Source: a virus (lineage: Duplodnaviria > Caudoviricetes). Taken from it: a stretch of 32,573 nt of DNA. How positions within the stretch are numbered: position 1 is the first letter of the stretch; each line of letters begins with the position of its first letter. The translations under genes and the position numbers were made by a program. The stretch spans positions 1 to 32,573 of IMG/VR virus record IMGVR_UViG_3300020045_006942, one strand, 5' to 3'. The notes beneath the pieces were generated by a model. The model was not told where the DNA came from and searched no databases. It saw only the letters and a program-made list of their open reading frames with translations. Positions 25,436 to 32,573 of the stretch are shown here, one piece after another.

Positions 25436-26635
25436 TTAGCGTATCTCTACTTTAAAACCTCCGCTAAGATTATAAGATACATTGTATCTAATTGCGTCAA
25501 TAGCATGATTCCAATTATCACAGAATAATTTAGAACCTTTATCAGTATATACATAATTATTTAATTCACGTCCTATATTTTCGCCATCAACTACTATCTC
25601 ATAATCTTGCATTAAAGCAATCCCTGCCGAAATACTACCCGCTCCTTTTGTTGTTGCTAATATCCTGCATCCTTTACCAGCTAATTCATCGATTAAGCGA
25701 GGCTCTGCGCTATCGGCTACTATTAACCTATTTCCGCAAATTGAGTTGTTTATATGCGCTATTTCAGAAGTTGTTAATTTAGGTTTATATAAATGCTCCT
25801 TAACATAAATTATCTTTTTATTTCTGTCAATAGCTACTTCGACAAGTGTTGTAGGGTCTATGCTAAATCCATAATCCTGACCAAATGAAGTTTGTAAATT
25901 ATCAGGATTGAATGCTCCAAACCTCCAGTTAGTAAACACAACACCTTCTGCTTTATCCAACCAACCTCCAAGTATAACGTGTTGGTATTTTTTAGGGTTG
26001 TTTTTCTTAACTCTTTCAACTTCATCCAAAAAAGACTCATCTAAATTAGCTAAATTATCTAAGTAAGTAGTGTGTATGTATGTTGTATTTCCTTTTACAC
26101 CATTAAAGCCCTCAGTTATTCCCTCTTGCTCAAAGAATTTTCTATAAATCCAATGCTCTTTTGTGGCTGGATTTAAAATAAGTATAACCCTATTTTGTTT
26201 TCCTTTCTGACGAATAGATAAATTAATCTTATCGAATACCGTTTCGTCTATTAGTTCTTCCGCTTCATCTAATATCCACGTTGTAACCCCTTGTAATGAC
26301 TTTAAATTCGCTGTTTGGTCACCACTTGAAGTCTTTATCCCTTTAAATATTATCTCGCTTCCTGACTTCTTATTTCGTATCTCTGATTTATTAACCTCAA
26401 AGAAATCGTTTAAATCTAACAAATCAATCTTTTCTTGGAACTCTGGTATAATTGAAAGGTGCGCACTCGTCATTGTTTGCCTTGTAAACAGAATTTTATG
26501 CCCTGATTCAAACGACAAAAGGCTGGTAAAAGTACCAACCCCGAACGATTTACTTGACCCACGACCTCCTGTAATAATAAAGTAACGGGTGTCATTTTCA
26601 AATAAACATGAATATTTATTGTTTAAAGTTATCAA
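25436..26635 (-). CDS. terL: Terminase large subunit (PBSX/SPP1-like)
   Basis: Walker A GGRGSSKS, Walker B WILDEAEE, LNP motif, nuclease GQDYGFSIDP and NHAIDAIRY; TTG start. Confidence 0.96.
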   Translation of the reverse strand: MITLNNKYSCLFENDTRYFIITGGRGSSKSFGVGTFTSLLSFESGHKILFTRQTMTSAHLSIIPEFQEKIDLLDLNDFFEVNKSEIRNKKSGSEIIFKGIKTSSGDQTANLKSLQGVTTWILDEAEELIDETVFDKINLSIRQKGKQNRVILILNPATKEHWIYRKFFEQEGITEGFNGVKGNTTYIHTTYLDNLANLDESFLDEVERVKKNNPKKYQHVILGGWLDKAEGVVFTNWRFGAFNPDNLQTSFGQDYGFSIDPTTLVEVAIDRNKKIIYVKEHLYKPKLTTSEIAHINNSICGNRLIVADSAEPRLIDELAGKGCRILATTKGAGSISAGIALMQDYEIVVDGENIGRELNNYVYTDKGSKLFCDNWNHAIDAIRYNVSYNLSGGFKVEIR

Positions 26636-26709
26636 CTATGTTTATAAATTATATATAAAGTTATTATAATAGTCCATACAATCTGTATTTTAAAAGCTTT
26701 ATATTTCAT
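26632..26709 (-). CDS. 25-aa hydrophobic peptide between terS and terL
   Basis: MKYKAFKIQIVWTIIITLYIIYKHS*; TAATG and TTGA overlaps. Confidence 0.5.
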   Translation of the reverse strand: MKYKAFKIQIVWTIIITLYIIYKHS

Positions 26710-26963
26710 TACTTATCAAATTTAATTACATCTTTAATATCAAAGTTAGACACCTCTACTTTATTATCAATTGTTTGTTTAGGCATTCCAAATTTATACT
26801 GAAAGAATAATTTAACCGCCCAGTCTTTACCGTCGTTTATAGCGTCTGTAAGGGCTTTAAATGCCATGGGTTCTAATGGTGTTAACTTCTCTATTAAACA
26901 TTGCTCCTCAGCCTTGCTTTTACGTCCTGCGCCCTCTCTTGCTCCTCCTTGTTTACTTTCCAT
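26709..26963 (-). CDS. terS: Terminase small subunit (putative)
   Basis: GGAREGAGRK N-terminus, G.PKQT motif, position upstream of terL. Confidence 0.7.
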   Translation of the reverse strand: MESKQGGAREGAGRKSKAEEQCLIEKLTPLEPMAFKALTDAINDGKDWAVKLFFQYKFGMPKQTIDNKVEVSNFDIKDVIKFDK

Positions 26964-26977
26964 TTGAAAAAATTTGA

Positions 26978-27340
26978 TTATTCATAACTATCGAATACTT
27001 TATCTAATTTATCAATCATACTTATCAAAGGCTTAGGACTACATGAAGCACATGGAAACCACAACTGTCTATCGAATACACTTGCGTATAACTCACAAAC
27101 AAAATCTACTTGTTCTTTGCTTATTGTTAACGTTCGTATTGACTTAAAATCTTTCCAGCTATTATATTCATCTTCGGTTAAACATCGTGCTTTAAATCTA
27201 TAAGGGAATAGCTCGTTTAACTTTTCTTTTCGTTTATCGCAGTTACAATCTTTACCTTTTACAAATATATCTAATCCTGTAAAATGTATAGCTTTTTCTA
27301 TTGTATCTCCTAATCCAATTGATTTTTTAGGTCTTGCCAT
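26978..27340 (-). CDS. Cys-rich hypothetical protein
   Basis: GLGDTIEK...DCNCDKRKEKLN...CASC; possible Zn binding. Confidence 0.75.
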   Translation of the reverse strand: MARPKKSIGLGDTIEKAIHFTGLDIFVKGKDCNCDKRKEKLNELFPYRFKARCLTEDEYNSWKDFKSIRTLTISKEQVDFVCELYASVFDRQLWFPCASCSPKPLISMIDKLDKVFDSYE

Positions 27341-27745
27341 TTATGCTTTTATTAAATTAAATTTATTATTATCATATTTAATATAGTGTCTAACTAAAGA
27401 ATAATTATATTGTAAAGCTATACAAGCTTCTTTTATTGTATCATAATATATGCCTGAGTTTAAATCTAAAACAATCTTTGCATAAGGATTTTTACTGCCA
27501 GTTTGATTTCTTACTCCTTTTTTACATTTATATAATTCTTGAAGCTCTAATTCTTTTTTAAGAGCTAATTTTAAATCTTTTGTTATATATAAAATTTTTA
27601 CAAAATCATTATCAATACAAAATTTATTTCTACTTGAATGTTTTAAAAGTCTTTTTTGTAAATTTGTAGTAACACCAATATAGTTATCTAATAATAAATG
27701 ATATATTATAAAATCTTTTCCTTTAATATTTTGTAATTTACACAT
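27341..27745 (-). CDS. GIY-YIG-like homing endonuclease with NUMOD1-like C-terminus
   Basis: IIY...YIGVT..L..R...H, downstream Glu, then GIYYDTIKEAC. Confidence 0.75.
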   Translation of the reverse strand: MCKLQNIKGKDFIIYHLLLDNYIGVTTNLQKRLLKHSSRNKFCIDNDFVKILYITKDLKLALKKELELQELYKCKKGVRNQTGSKNPYAKIVLDLNSGIYYDTIKEACIALQYNYSLVRHYIKYDNNKFNLIKA

Positions 27746-27757
27746 TTTTACTTCTTT

Positions 27758-28234
27758 TTACTTTTGCCATTTTAAACGTTTATTTTTATATAAATCAATG
27801 TCATTGCCTAAAACTTTTTTTCTTGCCTTGTCTAACTCTCTATAAATTAAACCATAATCTATAAACTTATATTTATCTGCTATTTCTCTAATTGATAAAT
27901 CGTAAGACTCACTAAGCAATCCTAACTGTAAATAGCTTAGTCTATTACAATCTTCTAACAATCCAACCTCATAATCATTTAATTCTAAAACCTCATTATT
28001 ACTTGAAATATTAAAAAATAAATCTAAAGATACTTTTTGTTTTGATTTTTTTACATGGTCTAAAAATAGATTGCGAATTACTATAATAACGTAAAAATCA
28101 TTTATTTGTTTTTCGGAATCATGTAATTTCAAATACATATCATTTACCAAATCGTCGGCTAACATTTTATCCTTGCAAATATTATTCGCTATCTTTCTCC
28201 AATATTCATCTTTCTTTGCAAGTTCTTCTAACAT
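27758..28234 (-). CDS. ECF-like RNA polymerase sigma factor
   Basis: ADDLVNDMYLK (region 2) and SIREIA HTH (region 4). Confidence 0.8.
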   Translation of the reverse strand: MLEELAKKDEYWRKIANNICKDKMLADDLVNDMYLKLHDSEKQINDFYVIIVIRNLFLDHVKKSKQKVSLDLFFNISSNNEVLELNDYEVGLLEDCNRLSYLQLGLLSESYDLSIREIADKYKFIDYGLIYRELDKARKKVLGNDIDLYKNKRLKWQK

Positions 28235-28248
28235 GTGTTATTTATTTG

Positions 28249-28320
28249 CAATCAGGGTGAGAATCGAACTCACACAAACGGTTTTGGAGACCATTTCGCT
28301 ACCTTAGAACATTCCCGACT
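28249..28320 (-). tRNA. tRNA-Trp (CCA)
   Basis: Acceptor AGTCGGG/CCTGATT + G73; anticodon arm ATGGT-CTCCAAA-ACCGT; T arm GTGAG-TTCGATT-CTCAC; no encoded CCA end. Confidence 0.88.
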
Positions 28321-28325
28321 ATTTT

Positions 28326-28367
28326 AAAAAACCCCTTAAAAAGTACTAACCAAACTTTAAAAGGGGT
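28326..28367 (-). terminator. Intrinsic terminator upstream of tRNA
   Basis: ACCCCTT...AAGGGGT followed by T tract on minus strand. Confidence 0.65.
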
Positions 28368-28422
28368 AAAAATTATTAATTATGAAGTTCAAATTAACGA
28401 AATTTATTTTAAATAAACAAAT

Positions 28423-28740
28423 TTATTTTGAATTATATATTTCATTTGCTTTAATAATTGCTTCGTTTGTTGCTTTTATTCTTGAATTATACATAATTAC
28501 ATCTTCTATAATGTTAATATTATTTTTAATTTTATAAAAAAACCAATTTTGAAAATGTAAAGTATCAATTAATACCTTAATCCCAACCGAATCAAAGAAC
28601 TCTATTATAAGAGCATTTTTGTATGATTCATTTTGTATCTTAAATACTATTTCTACTTTTTCATATTTGTGTAATTTAATTTTTTCACTTTTTTTAAACC
28701 ATTCTAAAAAATCTTCTTTACATTTTCCTGTTAATTTCAT
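28423..28740 (-). CDS. Hypothetical phage protein
   Basis: ORF track (MKLTGKCKEDF...AIIKANEIYN). Confidence 0.75.
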   Translation of the reverse strand: MKLTGKCKEDFLEWFKKSEKIKLHKYEKVEIVFKIQNESYKNALIIEFFDSVGIKVLIDTLHFQNWFFYKIKNNINIIEDVIMYNSRIKATNEAIIKANEIYNSK

Positions 28741-28871
28741 AATTTATTTTTTAATTGTTTTAAATACTCATCCATTTTCTCAACTAATAAAGGATTAATT
28801 CTTCTTTGATATTTAACGTTATTTACTTTTGGTCGTCCTGCTCCTTTTGGATTTGTTGGTGATTTTTTCAT
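28737..28871 (-). CDS. Small DNA-binding protein with AT-hook-like GAGRPK (44 aa)
   Basis: MKKSPTNPKGAGRPKVNNVKYQRRINP...; ATGA-coupled to next gene. Confidence 0.6.
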   Translation of the reverse strand: MKKSPTNPKGAGRPKVNNVKYQRRINPLLVEKMDEYLKQLKNKL

Positions 28872-28981
28872 AATTTAACTTAGCTTATTTTTATTAAGTT
28901 TAAATAAAGTAAAAATAGCTGTCTTTCCAGCTTGTCAACCCCGTACAAATACTGTGGGATTTTTATTTTTAACAAGGTAGT

Positions 28982-29194
28982 TTATATTCTACCTTGTTCT
29001 TTTGCTTTTGCTAAACATTTTAAACAAACTAACTCTTCTCCTCTTTCTGTATGTAACATTTTAAACTCGCTTGTTTTTACGATATAATTCCATCTTCCTT
29101 GATGATTGAAAACTCCTAATCCGCAAGATGATTTTTGAGTTGTTATTTTTCCTTGTCCCATTGCCATTCCTAAGTGTGTTTTTGTAGTTGCCAT
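28982..29194 (-). CDS. Hypothetical Cys/His protein
   Basis: ORF track; H...CG...CLKC possible Zn finger. Confidence 0.7.
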   Translation of the reverse strand: MATTKTHLGMAMGQGKITTQKSSCGLGVFNHQGRWNYIVKTSEFKMLHTERGEELVCLKCLAKAKEQGRI

Positions 29195-29296
29195 AATTTC
29201 TATTTTTTGTTGTTGTTATCTGAGTACAAATATAAGCCTAATATCTATATACGTAACACATAATCATAACTTTAACATAATTTTAACATATCAATA
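29191..29296. repeat. 106-bp perfect direct repeat, copy 1 (promoter + translation start)
   Basis: Identical to 32072-32177; contains TATATTTG -7 element. Confidence 0.95.
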
Positions 29297-29617
29297 AACT
29301 TTAAACTTAATATACTCTTCACCTTTTTTTACAATAACCTTGAAAACGTGTAGCTCATAAATAAACCTATCGTCAACTCCATATTTTTTTACTAAACAAT
29401 CTATAAAAGATTTACAGCAATTATCTATATCCGAAGCTTTAGAACTAAAACCAAATTCAATAGCCAACTTAATATTTTCTTTGTTTGGTATTTCTAACTT
29501 TAAAGGCAATAATAACAAACAATTTTTTATAAATACATCGTACTTAATAGTTCGTATTTTTCTACCTCTAAATGCTTCGTTTACGCTTAACGGTTTTATT
29601 TTTATAATATGGTTCAT
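29291..29617 (-). CDS. rusA: RusA-like Holliday junction resolvase
   Basis: PLSVN and SDIDN..K...D...DD motifs. Confidence 0.85.
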   Translation of the reverse strand: MNHIIKIKPLSVNEAFRGRKIRTIKYDVFIKNCLLLLPLKLEIPNKENIKLAIEFGFSSKASDIDNCCKSFIDCLVKKYGVDDRFIYELHVFKVIVKKGEEYIKFKVY

Positions 29618-30462
29618 TAATAAAAAGTATCTTCAATTAAATACGGCAAACTATCTTTATTTACATCAAAATTAAAACTATCAAACGAAACTCCTCTACT
29701 ATACGGATTTGATACATTAATCGTTTTATCATCGTTCACTTCTAATTCAATTACACTTTCGGCTTTCTTTAAAACATAAGTTCCTAAATGTCCTAAAGGT
29801 TTTCCCGTGGTTCCTGATTTATGAATTACAGTTGTAATATGTATATTATAGTCGTAAGTCCAACGCATAAGATAATCGCTTGCTTCTTTTGACATTACAA
29901 TGTCATTCGTATTCTCAACTAAATCCGCAATCCCATCAATTGAAACTAATTTTACAGGCGTTTTATATAAAGTGTCCTGATTTTTCAAACAATAATCAAT
30001 CAATTGCAATCTTTGTAACGATGTTAATTGTCGTGTTGCATAACATTTGTAATTATCATACTTTCTTTCGGTTATATCCTGAACACGTCTAAAAGTCCTT
30101 TGTGCGTAATACTTTCCCTGTTCCGTATCAAAGTCTAAAATAGTATAATCATTATCACGATGCCCTTTAATATTTCCAAATAATACATTAGAATTTCCCC
30201 CGATATAACAAGCTAAGAAAGCACTTTTTAAGAAAGATTTCTTTGCTTTTGAAACTGCAATAATCGCGCTAAATTCCCCAGCAGTCATTACAGCAGTAGG
30301 GTATATTTTATTCTTATATTCGTGAGTTCCAATAGATAAAAGTATCTCTGGAGCTATCATTTCTTCCGATAAATCTACAAAGCATTCGTTTTGTATCGAT
30401 AAAAAGTCTAAAACTACTTCGCTATCTGTTTTATTTTCTAAGTCTTCAAAGTTTAAACTCAT
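29617..30462 (-). CDS. AAA/RepA-like (RecA-fold) replicative helicase
   Basis: Variant Walker A AVSKAKKS, FDTEQ, Walker B LVSIDGIADL, VIH...GHLG. Confidence 0.8.
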   Translation of the reverse strand: MSLNFEDLENKTDSEVVLDFLSIQNECFVDLSEEMIAPEILLSIGTHEYKNKIYPTAVMTAGEFSAIIAVSKAKKSFLKSAFLACYIGGNSNVLFGNIKGHRDNDYTILDFDTEQGKYYAQRTFRRVQDITERKYDNYKCYATRQLTSLQRLQLIDYCLKNQDTLYKTPVKLVSIDGIADLVENTNDIVMSKEASDYLMRWTYDYNIHITTVIHKSGTTGKPLGHLGTYVLKKAESVIELEVNDDKTINVSNPYSRGVSFDSFNFDVNKDSLPYLIEDTFY

Positions 30463-30517
30463 AATTTATTAATTTTTTTAATTATTTTGCAATACTTTTT
30501 TTGCTGTTATCGATTAG

Positions 30518-30763
30518 TTATAACTCATTTAGCCTAACCACAACTTTATTAGATAAATTAAACTGTTTCATTTCTTTATCAAAGTTTAATATTCCCTTAC
30601 CCAATGCTTCTTCTTCGCTATAAGCATTCGTTATTAATACTCTCAAAGCTATTTCTTGACCGTTTTGGATATTTTTAAGATACACTAACGAAATAGAAAA
30701 ACGAGCTATAACAGCAGTTTTTTCGCATTGTGGCAATGGGTCTGTATTTGATTTTTTAGGCAT
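30518..30763 (-). CDS. Hypothetical protein carried by cassette 2
   Basis: ORF track; first ~20 aa encoded by the hairpin. Confidence 0.75.
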   Translation of the reverse strand: MPKKSNTDPLPQCEKTAVIARFSISLVYLKNIQNGQEIALRVLITNAYSEEEALGKGILNFDKEMKQFNLSNKVVVRLNEL

Positions 30764-30834
30764 AATTTAAAGTTTATGATTATTTGTTAATATTTATATT
30801 TAATTTGCCACAACGACGAGCGTTCCGAGTGGCG
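30518..30834. mobile_element. Integron-like gene cassette 2
   Basis: GTTATAACTCATTT (30517-30530) inverted to AAACGAGCTATAAC (30699-30712); attC-like hairpin 30706-30840. Confidence 0.6.
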
Positions 30835-30840
30835 TTATCG
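30706..30840 (+). other. attC-like recombination hairpin (cassette 2)
   Basis: CTATAAC-AGCAGTTTT...CATTGTGGCAA...TTGCCACAACG...GTTATCG; begins like hairpin 1 (TAACAGCRGTTTT). Confidence 0.6.
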
Positions 30841-30846
30841 TAAATA

Positions 30847-31116
30847 CTATGGCGTTGAGCCATAGGTTTCTGAATAATATTCATCACCTTTACTTATTTT
30901 TACAAAACCACCTTTTTCAAATTGTTCACAAGCATCGTTTAGTCCCCATTCACAAGCGTATTCAATTTGCTTTTTTTCTGTTGCTAATAATTTTTTAGCT
31001 TCTATAATCGCATCTACATAAACTCCTCTCATATTCCTATCTGATATTTTACCGTTCGAACTCCACATATCTCTTTTACGTTCTAATTCTTTAATCAATT
31101 CCTGTATTGCTGTCAT
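30847..31116 (-). CDS. Hypothetical phage protein
   Basis: ORF track (MTAIQELI...EKKQI...YYSETYG). Confidence 0.75.
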   Translation of the reverse strand: MTAIQELIKELERKRDMWSSNGKISDRNMRGVYVDAIIEAKKLLATEKKQIEYACEWGLNDACEQFEKGGFVKISKGDEYYSETYGSTP

Positions 31117-31132
31117 AATATTGTTTTTTTTA

Positions 31133-31357
31133 TTATTTAAAATTCATGCCTCCCGCTATAAAAGATGTTTTATATATTTCTAATAATTCCTCTATTGATA
31201 TTTGGCCCTTTACATTTTTATTTCTGGAATCTGTAAGCCAATAAGCAAAATCTATTGCATACTGTTCACAAATTTTTATACAATGTTCAGCGTTTTCTGT
31301 TGCAAAATCACTAGTTCTGCTACAATCATCTACGTATTCTAAAAATTTCTCTTTCAT
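31133..31357 (-). CDS. Hypothetical phage protein
   Basis: ORF track. Confidence 0.7.
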   Translation of the reverse strand: MKEKFLEYVDDCSRTSDFATENAEHCIKICEQYAIDFAYWLTDSRNKNVKGQISIEELLEIYKTSFIAGGMNFK

Positions 31358-31718
31358 AATTTTATTATTAATTCTTCATTGGTTAATGCAAAATATAGGT
31401 TTTGCAGTTGGTGGACATAAATTATATTGCAAAAAAACCCCCGTCAAAATCATTAAAACTCCATCCTTTATAATAATAATTTTCTCTTAAAACATAATTT
31501 GATTTTAAAAAATAATCTTGCAATTTGTGTTTTACATACCTAAATCCAGTATTTAAAATTATTTCTTCATTTAATATTATTGTATTTAAATTATCACAAT
31601 TATCACTTAAATAACAATCGTCTTCTGAAAAATAAACTTCATTATAACAATTATCTATTTTATCTATTATGCCCTCTTTTATATTGTTACCTATTCTAAA
31701 TTCATTTATTTTTATCAT
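31354..31718 (-). pseudogene. ELRIGN-family gene split by a -1 frameshift at G5T7
   Basis: 0 frame stops at 31422; -1 frame continues CNIIYVHQLQNLYFALTNEELIIKL*, matching the paralog at 6422-6778. Confidence 0.75.
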
Positions 31719-31726
31719 AATTTATT

Positions 31727-31927
31727 TTATTTATTTATAACATATCTTTCACATTCAACAGAATTTAATGTTGAATTAAATAAACTTCTTTTATTACATG
31801 GTCCGTAATAAATTATTTTTTCTATCCTTATTGTAGTATCTGTTTTTGATACACAAATAAATTTTTCTAATTTTCCATGATTCATTAAATAATATTCTTT
31901 TCCTATTTCAATTTTTTTTATATCCAT
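31727..31927 (-). CDS. Hypothetical protein
   Basis: ORF track. Confidence 0.65.
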   Translation of the reverse strand: MDIKKIEIGKEYYLMNHGKLEKFICVSKTDTTIRIEKIIYYGPCNKRSLFNSTLNSVECERYVINK

Positions 31928-32075
31928 TTAATTCATTTTTAAGAGACTTTAGTTTTTCTAATTTTAAAATAAAAAAATCAGAATCTATATCCATATGCAC
32001 TAAATCACTAGATATATATTCAATTTTATACATTAAATTTAAAATGTATAAAGCTTTTTCGATTGCATCTTCCAT
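31908..32075 (-). CDS. Hypothetical protein (55 aa)
   Basis: MEDAIEKALYILNLMYKIEY...; uses the ATG supplied by the 106-bp repeat. Confidence 0.55.
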   Translation of the reverse strand: MEDAIEKALYILNLMYKIEYISSDLVHMDIDSDFFILKLEKLKSLKNELNGYKKN

Positions 32076-32177
32076 AATTTCTATTTTTTGTTGTTGTTAT
32101 CTGAGTACAAATATAAGCCTAATATCTATATACGTAACACATAATCATAACTTTAACATAATTTTAACATATCAATA
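32072..32177. repeat. 106-bp perfect direct repeat, copy 2
   Basis: Identical to 29191-29296. Confidence 0.95.
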
Positions 32178-32243
32178 TATTTTAAATTTAATATATTCAC
32201 TACCTTTTTTAACTATTTCCTTAAAAACGTGCATCTCGTATAT
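32172..32243 (-). pseudogene. Relic 3' end of a second rusA-like gene
   Basis: IYEMHVFKEIVKKGSEYIKFKIY* versus IYELHVFKVIVKKGEEYIKFKVY* of 29291..29617. Confidence 0.85.
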
Positions 32244-32325
32244 AATAACTTCCCATCTCTTTTACCTTAAAATTTTTTCCACTGTATTCTATTAAATTAC
32301 CTATTCTTAATTCATTTGTTTTCAT
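32221..32325 (-). pseudogene. 5' fragment of ELRIGN-family gene
   Basis: MKTNELRIGNLIEYSGKNFKV... joined out of frame to the rusA relic. Confidence 0.7.
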
Positions 32326-32331
32326 ATTTTT

Positions 32332-32571
32332 TTATTTATAATTATCAATTTCTTTTAAAAATTCATTTGCGCTATTAAAAAAAGAATTACTTACACTTTC
32401 AAATGAAAAATCTTTTTTTATCAAATCTATTATTTCCTTTTCGTTTTCTTGTAATAAATTATCATTGCTATTTTCTTTATGATTAAAATGGTCTAATTCA
32501 AATCCTTTCGATAATAAAAATTCTTCTATTTTTTTGCTATTAATATTTTTATGTAATTTTTGCAAATGAAA
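32332..32571 (-). CDS. Hypothetical protein, probably 5'-truncated by window edge
   Basis: Frame is open to the window end. Confidence 0.6.
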   Translation of the reverse strand, partial: FHLQKLHKNINSKKIEEFLLSKGFELDHFNHKENSNDNLLQENEKEIIDLIKKDFSFESVSNSFFNSANEFLKEIDNYK

Positions 32572-32573
32572 AC

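Noticed and set aside
25858-26040. 60-aa minus-strand ORF inside terL
   Set aside because: Alternate frame nested in a conserved gene, no supporting signal.
28249-28320. tRNA as prophage attachment site
   Set aside because: No integrase, no duplicated tRNA 3' end and no host genes in the window.
30847-31116. Third cassette adjacent to cassette 2
   Set aside because: No complement of GTTATCGTAAATAC and no hairpin found at the other end of this ORF.
29191-32177. CRISPR array or terminal repeat interpretation of the repeats
   Set aside because: Only two copies 2.9 kb apart, internal, containing a promoter; no repeat-spacer periodicity.
4349-32295. Plus-strand ORFs in the track (e.g. 4349, 8621, 11788, 12757, 13239, 13874, 15311, 16014, 16325, 16850, 17639, 19014, 19831, 20194, 21033, 21839, 29481, 29880, 32044)
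   Set aside because: Antisense shadows of well-supported minus-strand genes or promoters, with no motifs or initiation context.
1-32573. Stop-codon reassignment suggested by the tRNA-Trp
   Set aside because: Anticodon is the standard CCA; long genes are intact in code 11 and TGA/TAG act as coupled stops.

Overview
AT-rich window covering most of the genome of a tailed dsDNA phage (siphovirus-type, non-contractile tail) of Bacteroidota, most likely Flavobacterium-like hosts. The host call rests on TAnnTTTG promoters, A-rich Shine-Dalgarno-less starts, a DUF3127 SSB and a BACON-like domain. Almost all genes are on the minus strand. Reading right to left: small early ORFs, an AAA/RepA-like helicase, a RusA-like resolvase, tRNA-Trp, a sigma-like factor, a GIY-YIG endonuclease and the terminase. 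These are followed by a rearranged morphogenesis block (tail chaperone/completion/Dit/hub/TMP come before protease, capsid, tail tube and portal), a tail fibre and a lysis cassette (holin-like genes, GH19 endolysin, u-spanin). The left part holds a small plus-strand island, then YopX/HNH, a Sak/Rad52-like annealase, SSB, DUF3310, a metallophosphoesterase and a C5 DNA methyltransferase. No integrase is visible. The most notable unexplained structure is two independent integron-like gene cassettes (7786-8187 and 30518-30834). Each has an attC-like hairpin, self-complementary ends and a shared TAAC-N7-TAAC acceptor motif; the gene lies antisense to the attC and starts inside the attC loop. Other highlights: a slippery A10 run that would split the portal from a fused MuF-like domain, a -1 frameshift in the tail chaperone, an HNH gene inserted in yopX between 12-bp direct repeats, a perfect 106-bp promoter duplication, and a candidate late-promoter consensus TAAC-N17-GTTT. 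Protein family calls are by motif recognition only; no searches were run.
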